Assembly (NCBI GenBank): GCA_965219535.1
Contig: CBDCNV010000002.1
Coordinates: 420,001 to 452,000 of the forward strand
DNA: 32,000 nucleotides
Direction: 5' to 3'
Source: Opitutales bacterium
GTDB taxonomy: Bacteria > Verrucomicrobiota > Verrucomicrobiia > Opitutales > PNEW01
Of this stretch, positions 1 through 7,277 are shown one piece after another (within the stretch, counting starts at the first letter, position 1; every line of letters begins with the position of its first letter). The notes beneath the pieces are model-generated. The model had not been told where the DNA came from, ran no database searches, and worked only from the letters and a program-made list of their open reading frames with translations. A program made the translations under genes and the position numbers.

Positions 1-1
1 C

Positions 2-343
2 GCTGTAACATTACTGCAAATAGACTCCGGTCGAGGGAGGAAGGTATATAATACCTACACCCTATTGACCCCAGCAGCGCAGGTGAGAGAAAGATCCTTT
101 CCTCAACCCCGTCCTCTCCCGAAAAATTACGATGAGTTCATGGATATTTGCAGCGATGAGGATATTGACGATAGATCTGCTGAATCATTCTGGGACCTTC
201 AGGAGAAGAATAACTGGAAAAGAGAAAATCCCTCTACCGGCCAATGGGAGCCGCTCTATGACTGGATAGCGGCGTTAATTAAGTTCAATGAGAAAGTGGA
301 AGATGATCTCGAATACTCAAATACAATTAAGCATAGGCATTAG
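2..343 (+). CDS. C-terminal part of a hypothetical mobile-element (replication-organizer-like) protein; ORF open to the left window edge
   Basis: The frame of the listed ORF 65..343 has no stop back to position 2. The tail ...PKNYDEFMDICSDEDIDDRSAESFWDLQEKNNWKRENPSTGQWEPLYDWIAAL resembles the short 'cost/ability + W...W' C-terminal motif recalled from phage and plasmid replication-associated proteins. It is followed directly by iteron-like repeats. Confidence 0.35.
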   Translation, partial: AVTLLQIDSGRGRKVYNTYTLLTPAAQVRERSFPQPRPLPKNYDEFMDICSDEDIDDRSAESFWDLQEKNNWKRENPSTGQWEPLYDWIAALIKFNEKVEDDLEYSNTIKHRH

Positions 344-397
344 CAGTCTATTGACGCGTGATCAACAGTCTATTTACGTCTATTGACGCGTTTACGG
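344..397 (+). repeat. Cluster of short direct repeats (iteron/operator-like)
   Basis: CAGTCTATTGACGCG at 344-358, CAGTCTATTTACG at 366-378, GTCTATTGACGCGTTTACGG at 378-397. GTCTATTGACGCG recurs exactly with a 32-bp period. A related GTCTATTTGCAG lies on the opposite strand at 14-25. Confidence 0.5.
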
Positions 398-437
398 AAT
401 GAAATCTTTATTCCCGGGTAAAATCATTAAATAGGCT

Positions 438-485
438 CATGGTGCATCTATTAGGATATAAACATGCACCATGTTCCTTTTTTCA
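438..485 (+). terminator. Rho-independent terminator candidate
   Basis: Perfect 10-bp stem CATGGTGCAT (438-447) / ATGCACCATG (464-473) with a 16-nt loop, followed by TTCCTTTTTTC. Confidence 0.55.
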
Positions 486-556
486 CTCCTAAAACAGGCA
501 CCGGGTGCAGACAGGTATTAAGAACATGATTTTATAAGAACAAAGATATATAAAAA

Positions 557-605
557 CTCTCGGGTAACCAAAGTTTAATTTGGTTACCCGAGAGGGTATT
601 TTTTT
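557..605 (+). terminator. Strong hairpin terminator, possibly bidirectional
   Basis: Perfect 16-bp stem CTCTCGGGTAACCAAA (557-572) / TTTGGTTACCCGAGAG (579-594) with a 6-nt loop. A T-run follows on the + strand (598-605) and an A-run precedes it (552-556), which reads as a T-run on the - strand. Confidence 0.65.
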
Positions 606-615
606 GTATATAAAT

Positions 616-1110
616 TTATAAATTAACTTTCAATGCTGACAAATTCTTTTGTATGGTATATACGTTAATTTCTGTACGGTAATTTTCTTTAAGGTACAGG
701 TATAAGATACAGCCTTCGTACACGTGATTGAATGTTTTCCAGAATCCTGCAGGAGTTTTTGAAGTTTCAAGTCTGATGTAATTTGCCGGTACAGGGGAGG
801 AGGGATATTTCCGGGTATAGCGACTCGACGGGTTTTTTTCATTGCGCTTTCTGTAAATGAACCAAAGGCGGTCTTTCTTGCGCCCTGTAGCGATTGCCCA
901 GTTTCCAAGCAAAGCGCTGTTTAGGTCGGACCCGGCCGTGCACCCTCATTCACCTGACCTCGCTCATCACCTGCTGCAGGGATGATGGCAGTAAGGTGAC
1001 ATTCGGTCAACGCTTCGTAAAAAGTTTCAGAGGCAATCTCTGTATCAACTTTGCAGATCAAGTCTACGCTTGCGCTGGCGTTTAACCCGTCATGCGTGAA
1101 TTAGCACCGG
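616..1110 (-). pseudogene. Frameshifted remnant of an IS5/IS4-type (DDE_Tnp_1-like) transposase C-terminus
   Basis: The overlapping - strand frames 616..912 and 630..908 read together give WFIYRKRNE / SAMKKTRRVA / SRYTRKY...PANYIRL. This fits the recalled IS5-family C-terminal pattern Y-x-R-N-x-E..F..K..RR-x-A-x-RY-x-K...NY. An unlisted frame upstream (about 915-1095) reads VDLICKVDTEIASETFYEALTECHLTAIIPA. Confidence 0.4.
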
Positions 1111-1301
1111 TTGTCATCGCCGCACAGTCGCCCTCCTATAAATACTTTAATTATTTTAAAGGAGCTGTCCTAAGCAGACAATGGTTTTATGGGACGGATT
1201 GGACTGCGGGGAAACAGATTAAGGGGATAAGTAGTCTGTTGCCTGTCGGAATTAAAAGGGAATTATAAACATAAGTGACCATTAATTATTATAACTTTAC
1301 C

Positions 1302-2225
1302 ATGAAAGCACGAGGAAAATATAATAGAAAAGGGTTGTCTCTCGTCGAGGTATTCGAGCTATTCCCTGACGATGAAACAGCGGAGCAATGGTTTATAAAA
1401 ACGCGCTGGAACGGTGATGTAAATTGTCCTCATTGTGGCAGTAGCCGGATCCGCTATAGGACGAAGCATGAGACAATGCCCTTCCGGTGTCGAGACTGTC
1501 GCAAGCATTTCTCGGTCAGAACAGGGACAATTATGCAGGTTTCCAAATTGGGGTATCAGGTATGGGCCTTGGCTACCTACCTATTGACGATAGGCATAAA
1601 AGGGACTTCGAGCATGAAACTGCATCGAGACCTGAGCATAACCCAGAAAAGCGCATGGCATTTATCTCATCGGATACGGGAATCATGAAGCGATAAGCGC
1701 GAAAGGTTTAGCGGGCCGGTAGAAGTAGATGAAGCTTATATTGGCGTAACTGAGAAGAATAAACACGAATTTAAAAAACAGCATTTAGGCCGTGGTGGAA
1801 TAGTAAAGACAGCCGTTGTTGGTGTTAAAGACAGGTCAACTAAACAGATTTCGGCTGCCGTGGCGCACTCACAGGACAAAAAGACCCTGCAAAAATTCGT
1901 TTTAAGTAAGGTCTCCGGTAAAGTAAAAATCTACTCTGACGATAGCAGGGCTTATGAAGGATTGGATCGCGAAGCGGTCCGCCACAGCCTTGGTGAATAC
2001 GTTAGGGGACAGGTTCACATCAACGGGATAGAATCGTTCTGGGTGATGCTTAAACGGGGCTTGTACGGCACGTATCACCGTATCTCCCCAAAACACCTGA
2101 ATCGCTACGTACAAGAATTTTCAGGACGGCACAACAACCGTCGAAATGATACCATTGACCAGATGTCAGCGATGGTCAGTGGTATGTGCAATAAAACGCT
2201 GACCTATAAGGAATTAATACAATGA
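1302..2225 (+). pseudogene. IS1595-family transposase interrupted by a single in-frame TGA (1686-1688)
   Basis: The N-terminal zinc ribbon (CPHCGS...CRDCRK) lies in ORF 1275..1688 and the DDE C-terminal part (NGIESFW...KRG..GTYH..S.KHL.RY..EF..R.N) in ORF 1860..2225. Both are in the same frame. The 1689-1859 stretch translates without stops as SDKRERFSGPVEVDEAYIGVTEKNKHEFKK..., the expected central region. ATG 1302 is preferred over the GTG at 1275, which lies inside the IR. Confidence 0.85.
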
Positions 2226-2569
2226 TAGAAAAAAATGAATCAACTACTGTTTTGGACGAAGGAGCGCCTCAATCCTATGAAGAACTTGAAGAACCTGATC
2301 TTGTCCAGTTGGCTGGTGCTGTAATTGAAGACCTCTTAAAATTCCGTGAAACTTTTCGTAAGAGGCTTGAAATCCAAAAGAACGAGGAGCAAGAGATTGA
2401 TCATCGCTTCCGGAACTCTTTATTTCCAGAACAAATTGATGAGAATTCTCCTCTTCTTGTAGAGCAGGAGGAAGCTTGTGGACCTTTATCTCTTGCAGAT
2501 GTCGGATATAGCCCTTCTCAGTCCGTAAGGTTGGCAATAAAGCTTTCAGGTCAGATTCGTCGTCGTTAG
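2222..2569 (+). CDS. Hypothetical acidic protein, ATGA-coupled to the transposase stop
   Basis: Its start overlaps the transposase TGA (ATGA at 2222-2225). The product is Glu-rich with no recognisable motif. It competes with a fully antisense ORF, 2244..2588 (-). Confidence 0.35.
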   Translation: MIEKNESTTVLDEGAPQSYEELEEPDLVQLAGAVIEDLLKFRETFRKRLEIQKNEEQEIDHRFRNSLFPEQIDENSPLLVEQEEACGPLSLADVGYSPSQSVRLAIKLSGQIRRR

Positions 2570-2584
2570 TGGTTCTCTCATCAT

Positions 2585-3073
2585 TCATTTTAACAGTTCC
2601 TCTAATTTATCTAGTTTCATTAATATGTTAATATGCTTTATATCCCCACCACCGAGGTCAATGTAGGTTTTAAGCATTTTGCCTTCATCGCCTTTCAGCG
2701 CGGTTCTAAATGCAAAACGATCATCATCAGCTCTTTGTAATTCAGGGTTTTTCCCTTTTCCAATGGTTTGTGCGCGGCTTCTTGCAGTATGTTCGACATA
2801 CGCATAATGGCTGCGCAATTCATTTAAGGAACACTTGTCCAGAACCTCACGCTTATACCCAGCCGCTTTCAACCTACCATACAGGATCGCCCTCTCCTTG
2901 TTTAATTTCGCGATCTCTGCTTCTCGCCATTGGCGATGTTCAGGTTTCTCAAGTGCTAGGGCCAGAGAATCCAAGAAGCTTTTTGCACCTTGTGCAGTCG
3001 GTAAATGAAATATGGGCAATAAAAAAATTAAGGGAATTAATCTCTTTATTATTTGTTTTGATCTCTTATGCAT
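2585..3073 (-). CDS. Hypothetical secreted protein (passenger of IS1595 element 1)
   Basis: 162-aa ORF with an N-terminal signal-peptide-like segment (KRLIPLIFLLPIFHLPTAQG/AK). No family recognised. Confidence 0.5.
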   Translation of the reverse strand: MHKRSKQIIKRLIPLIFLLPIFHLPTAQGAKSFLDSLALALEKPEHRQWREAEIAKLNKERAILYGRLKAAGYKREVLDKCSLNELRSHYAYVEHTARSRAQTIGKGKNPELQRADDDRFAFRTALKGDEGKMLKTYIDLGGGDIKHINILMKLDKLEELLK

Positions 3074-3308
3074 TGTGATTCCTTTCCAGTTTATTTTTTG
3101 TTGTTTACCCCGACTACGGGAGTCGGGCTGAACAAGCTATAACTGGATACAACTCCCACCTATTTGCCTGGAAAGGGAGCTACCCTTCCCATTTACTGAC
3201 TGTTTTATTAAATGGGCAACCCGACAGGTCGAGTGTATCCAGATTAACGCTTGTGGCCCTTAAAATTTTCTCTATAGTAATGTAAGTCAATAAAAATAAG
3301 GATACATA

Positions 3309-3437
3309 ATGACCAAAAAGAGAGAGAAAAGAGTAATGCCTGAGAGAATACCAGACACACCAAAAAATGTGGCTGCTGCTATTCTGAGTTCACCACCCAG
3401 AAAACCGGACCAATGGAAGTATCTTAAAAGTAAATAA
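3309..3437 (+). CDS. Small ORF (42 aa), hypothetical
   Basis: ATG 3309 to TAA 3435-3437, reading MTKKREKRVMPERIPDTPKNVAAAILSSPPRKPDQWKYLKSK. The IPDTP.NVA...PP.K motif resembles small conserved hypothetical proteins recalled from mobile contexts. It ends 4 nt before the right IR. Confidence 0.3.
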   Translation: MTKKREKRVMPERIPDTPKNVAAAILSSPPRKPDQWKYLKSK

Positions 3438-3963
3438 TTCTATGGTCACTTATGTATATAATTCCCATCTTTTGGGTATGATATGCATCGCTAGCCAATG
3501 GTGGCTTCGGTAAAGGATAAGATAGAAAGAGCCATCTCTGTCCAATTGAAAAACTCGCTCCTCAATACCACACGCTTGTCTTTATCTATGCGCTCTTCAA
3601 TAACTGCAAGGTCCTCTCAACCTTAAGAATTACTCATTTATATTTTCGCGGTCAGCCGCTGTATTTCAAGAACAGGGGATGGATCTCAAGCCGCTACTGG
3701 AAGTTGAGCCGCAAAAATCGATGGCTGCTTCGTAACAAATATAATTTCCCCTATTTATCACGTATTGATTACGCGTCTGGTGGAGGACAAACGTTTCTTC
3801 GAATACTCTTACCTTTTGAAACATCATTGTTATTGTTGACTAAGAAAAAGCGTTAAAGGTACGCTAGCAATGTATAACATTCTCTTTTTGAGATTATTGA
3901 CAAATATGATAAATCATCCCATTTGACCTTTCCAAAGCAAAGAATCCCAGATATTAAAAACTT

Positions 3964-4944
3964 ATGAAACACAACCTCTATCCATTCTTGATTCCCTTAA
4001 TCTCAATGTGCGCCGTGCTGCCGATGTTCGGTGATGATGAACCTCCGACTTGTGCAGAGCACTCCATCGTGGCCAGTGCGGTGCGCACACAGATGGACAT
4101 ACAGGCATTCGTTCAGTGCGCCTACGAGTACGTCCAGGAAGAGGGTTCCAGTGAGGCACGCAGGGCCTTTAACGAGGACGAGCGTTGGAAAAGCGGACAG
4201 TTTTATGTCTTTGTCGACGAAGTGACATCAATGACCGATATGGCGCGAGCGTTAGTCTACCCGCCCGCCCCTTCAAGGGAAGGGGAACCGTGGGGACTGT
4301 TTGTCGACTCCTTCGGCAACGACTTCTACAGGGAACTATATCGTATCATGAGCATCGTCGAAGAGGGTTGGATCTACTACTCCATAACAAATCCAGCGAC
4401 GGACAGGGAGGAGCCGAAGGCTTCATACGTCAAGAGCATCGACTGGGACGGGACTCCGGCCGCGATTGGCGCGGGGATCTACCAGCGCGACATCCCGGGC
4501 ACGTGCTGGAGTGAAGAGGTCAATGCCATGTTGCTAGATGACGATCCTTCCAACGAGAGGCTCAAGGAGTTTGTCCGTTGCGCTGCGATGGAGCTTGAAA
4601 TGAAAGGCTACTTTGCGATCAACACTTTGACCACGGACCCGCGATGGAAACACGGATCAATCTACTTGTTTGCCATCGATACTTATGGCTACACGCTGTT
4701 CAGTGGCGATTCATACAGCGAGCCGGATGATATAATGTCCGAGTTGGTAGGCCCGGTCGAAGATCAGGATCTTGTGAGCGTAGCGGACGCCTTCGGAGAG
4801 AGCTTCCTGTATTACACGATACGCAATCCGTCGAGTGAGATGGAGGAGCGCAAGGTGTCATTCGTCAAGAGGGTAGTGTCCTTTGGACTGCCAATTCTGA
4901 TTGGCGCCGGCTATTATCTGGAGGACATGGAGGAGAGTCCGTAA
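3964..4944 (+). CDS. Secreted protein with two tandem Cache-like (sCache_2-type) domains, paralog 1
   Basis: Signal peptide MKHNLYPFLIPLISMCAVLPMFG. Two internally repeated modules of about 145 aa each carry a Cys pair (TCAEHS...VQCAYEY and TCWSEEV...VRCAAMEL). Each ends in the Cache_2-like motif G(W/F)(I/L)YY..(T/R)NP........K.S(Y/F)VK........IGAG(I/Y)Y. There is no TM or output domain. Confidence 0.8.
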   Translation: MKHNLYPFLIPLISMCAVLPMFGDDEPPTCAEHSIVASAVRTQMDIQAFVQCAYEYVQEEGSSEARRAFNEDERWKSGQFYVFVDEVTSMTDMARALVYPPAPSREGEPWGLFVDSFGNDFYRELYRIMSIVEEGWIYYSITNPATDREEPKASYVKSIDWDGTPAAIGAGIYQRDIPGTCWSEEVNAMLLDDDPSNERLKEFVRCAAMELEMKGYFAINTLTTDPRWKHGSIYLFAIDTYGYTLFSGDSYSEPDDIMSELVGPVEDQDLVSVADAFGESFLYYTIRNPSSEMEERKVSFVKRVVSFGLPILIGAGYYLEDMEESP

Positions 4945-5049
4945 GCCGGGCAGAGCTCGCGCAGAACACATGGTAGGAGCACCTGTCCTTGTGGGGGATG
5001 ACATAAGGGGGACTCATAAACTTGTGCTCCGAATGATGTAGAGTTGCTT

Positions 5050-5160
5050 ATGATGAGTATAATTGAACTATTAGAGTCTTTCCGAACCAAAGAACGAGCC
5101 ATTGAATACCTGGGGTGCACAAGGGGGGAAAGGCTCCCAACGCAAACTATACTTCCCTAA
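5050..5160 (+). pseudogene. Short remnant resembling the N-terminus of an IS1595-type transposase
   Basis: The 36-aa ORF MMSIIELLESFRTKERAIEYLGCTRGERLPTQTILP matches the recalled N-terminal pattern (L.ELL..F.TEE.A..YL...RW) found just upstream of the zinc ribbon. It breaks off before the CxxC. Confidence 0.3.
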
Positions 5161-5193
5161 ATTCCAAAAGCAAAGAATCCCGAACATTTACAA

Positions 5194-6171
5194 ATGATGA
5201 AAAACCACCTCTGCCCATCATTCTTGATTTCCTTAATCTCAACGTTCGCTGTGCTGCCGATGTCAGGTGCTGATGAAGCTGTGTCTTGCACGGAGCACTC
5301 CATCGCCGCCCGCGCGGTGCGCACCCCTGAGGACATACAGGCGTTCGTTCAGTGCGCCTACGAGTATGTCCGCGCAAAGGGCTTCAGTGAGGCACGCAGG
5401 GCATTTCACGAAGACGAGCGCTGGAGATACGGCCAAATCTATGTCTTCGTCGCCGATGCGACAGACATGACTCAACGATTGGTCGTCTTCCCACCCGACC
5501 CCTCGAGAGAAGGGAAACCGTTGGGACCGCTGGTCGATGCCTTCGGCAACGAATTCTTCAGTGAAGGGCAGCGCACCCTGAGTATCGTCGATGAAGGCTG
5601 GCTCTATTACTCGTTCCCAAATCCAGCGACGGGCAGGGACGAGCCGAAGGCTTCCTATGTTAAAATCATCGACTGGGACGGGACTCCATCCGCGATTGGC
5701 GCGGGGATCTACCGCCGTGACATCCCTGGCGCATGCAACAGTGAAGAAGTCAGTGCCCTGTTGCTAGATGACGATCCGTCCAACGAGAGGCTCAAGGAGT
5801 TTGTCCGTTGCGCTGCGATGGAACTTGAAATGAAAGGCTACTTTGCGATCAACACTTTGACCACGGACCCGCGATGGAAACACGGATCAATCTACTTGTT
5901 TGCCATCGATACTTATGGCTACACGCTGTTCAGTGGCGATTCATACAGTGAGCCGGATACAATGTCCGAGTTGGTAGGACCGATCGAAGACCAGGATCTT
6001 GTGAGCGTAGCGGACGCCTTCGGAGAGAGCTTCCTGTATTACACGATGCGCAATCCGTCGAGTGGAATGGAGGAGCGCAAGGTGTCATTCGTCAAGCGGG
6101 TAGTGTCCTTTGGACTGCCGATTCTGATCGGCGCCGGCTATTATCTGGAGGATATGGAAGAGAGTCCGTAA
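5194..6171 (+). CDS. Secreted tandem Cache-like protein, paralog 2
   Basis: Colinear with 3964..4944. The second ATG (5197) aligns with the paralog 1 start. The N-terminal domain is about 75-80 percent identical at nucleotide level and the C-terminal domain about 96 percent. Confidence 0.8.
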   Translation: MMKNHLCPSFLISLISTFAVLPMSGADEAVSCTEHSIAARAVRTPEDIQAFVQCAYEYVRAKGFSEARRAFHEDERWRYGQIYVFVADATDMTQRLVVFPPDPSREGKPLGPLVDAFGNEFFSEGQRTLSIVDEGWLYYSFPNPATGRDEPKASYVKIIDWDGTPSAIGAGIYRRDIPGACNSEEVSALLLDDDPSNERLKEFVRCAAMELEMKGYFAINTLTTDPRWKHGSIYLFAIDTYGYTLFSGDSYSEPDTMSELVGPIEDQDLVSVADAFGESFLYYTMRNPSSGMEERKVSFVKRVVSFGLPILIGAGYYLEDMEESP

Positions 6172-6638
6172 GCCGGGTAAAGCTCGCGCAGAACACATAG
6201 TAAGAGCAGTTGCCTTGTGGGGGGATGACACGGAAGGGTCTCATAAACTTTACAGGGGAACAATTGAGAGTCCTGCCATGGAGTAGGTTGTTTTGCTCTA
6301 TGCGGTTTGAAGTATATAATCCCAAAGACTTATCTAGCCTATAAAGGAGCCCATGCTGTAGGTGGATGGATCGTTATGATGCTCGGACCAGGATGCGATT
6401 CAGGCCCGACGATTACCTTAAGATCACTGATCTCCACGCCACACTTAGATAGTTCGGTATCGATTTTCTTAGTTTGGAAGAATTCAACCCTCATCTCCTC
6501 GATAAACGAGAAATCTGGCACCGATATTTTAAAAAATTGTCCACATACTCTCAAACAGGTGACTCAATCATCCATTTAGCCTGAGCCTTTGTCGGCGGTT
6601 TCAGGATCGGATGATTCTTGTAATAGGGTTTTACAAGC

Positions 6639-6992
6639 TTAGCTGTTAAAGGCATACAGCTTAATTTCAGAGTCTTTATTTGCTCTGAGAATTTTAAAAT
6701 TCGTCCGGTTCAATTTAATGACACTCATAATACGATTATAAACATGTTTTTCTTTACTCCCCAAAGGCACGAATATTTCGACTGCCTCCAAATGAGCAAC
6801 TATCATTCTAATAAATCTCACTCCTATTTTCATTTTAGGTTTTACTATAATTTCCCCTGTGTAGGCATGTATGAAAGCGCACTCAAATCTTTGCCCAAAC
6901 ATGATCGCGGAAAGCTCATCGTAGCATTTCTGGCGCTTCTTGTAAATCGCCACTTTATGTTTATCGTCGGTCTCTTTACTTAATACCGTCAT
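6639..6992 (-). CDS. Hypothetical protein
   Basis: 117-aa ORF starting 19 nt downstream of the stop of the PAPS-reductase-like stub on the same strand. No motif recognised. Confidence 0.4.
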   Translation of the reverse strand: MTVLSKETDDKHKVAIYKKRQKCYDELSAIMFGQRFECAFIHAYTGEIIVKPKMKIGVRFIRMIVAHLEAVEIFVPLGSKEKHVYNRIMSVIKLNRTNFKILRANKDSEIKLYAFNS

Positions 6993-7010
6993 TGTTTTTG
7001 AAATGGGAAA

Positions 7011-7263
7011 TTATACTCCGCAATATCCATCGCACTCATTTTTAAACATATCCAACTGGCTCCTGTCGGCATCGGTCGATAAAGCAACATCCCTTAGCGG
7101 GGTAAAGCTCTTATGTAAATACAATTTCTGAGTGGTTCCCCTGACGCCGTTGCGGATTGCGTCGTCTATCTCAACCGCATCCGCCCATTCTTTAGGTCGT
7201 TTCTTTATTTCTCGCCAGGAATTATCACTTTTATATGGACACCCAATACAGGTGGATTTACCA
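7011..7263 (-). pseudogene. 3' stub of a phage-type PAPS-reductase-like gene, truncated by IS insertion
   Basis: An unlisted - strand frame reads GKSTCIGCPYKSDNSWREIKKRPKEWADAVEIDDAIRNGVRGTTQKLYLHKSFTPLRDVALSTDADRSQLDMFKNECDGYCGV and then stops at 7011-7013. The C.GCP...S, YLH.S..PL and terminal E-C-x-G-x-CGV motifs resemble phage/plasmid PAPS reductase family proteins as recalled. The frame is cut at the IS end at 7264. Confidence 0.45.
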
Positions 7264-7277
7264 TGACCTGCTCCCGT

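Larger units (their letters stand above)
1258..3466 (+). mobile_element. IS1595-family element 1 (2.2 kb) with passenger ORFs
   Basis: Terminal inverted repeats: GGGAATTATAAACATAAGTGACCAT at 1258-1282, and 3442-3466 whose reverse complement is GGGAATTATATACATAAGTGACCAT (24/25 match). They enclose an IS1595-type transposase plus ORFs 2222..2569, 2585..3073 and 3309..3437. Confidence 0.75.

Noticed and set aside
3495-3621. A - strand frame reading EDLAVIEERIDKDKRVVLRSEFFNWTEMALSILSFTEATIG between IS1595 element 1 and Cache paralog 1
   Set aside because: It looks protein-like but is only 41 codons long, with no start codon and a stop immediately upstream. At most it is an unidentifiable gene remnant.
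3888-3920. A sigma-70-type promoter (TTGAGA/TTGACA boxes) upstream of Cache paralog 1, and a similar TTGACA at 21670 upstream of the ankyrin gene
   Set aside because: No -10 hexamer sits at an acceptable spacing. The host promoter consensus is unknown.
3962-5475. Antisense or out-of-frame ORFs inside the Cache genes (3962..4159, 4031..4225, 4185..4514, 5147..5377, 5263..5475, 5267..5470; likewise 14989..15231, 15280..15642 and 15350..15592 in paralog 3)
   Set aside because: They are Arg/Pro/Ser-rich shadows of a GC-rich, well-supported forward frame. Their apparent conservation between loci is simply a consequence of paralogy.
3964-6171. Diversity-generating retroelement as the cause of variable domain 1 in the Cache paralogs
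   Set aside because: The window has no reverse transcriptase gene and no template/variable repeat pair with adenine-specific differences. The substitutions involve all four bases.
6307-6579. Overlapping ORFs 6307..6579 (+) and 6339..6554 (-), considered as a toxin-antitoxin or transposase remnant
   Set aside because: No motif in any frame could be matched to a family I can name. They are left uncalled.
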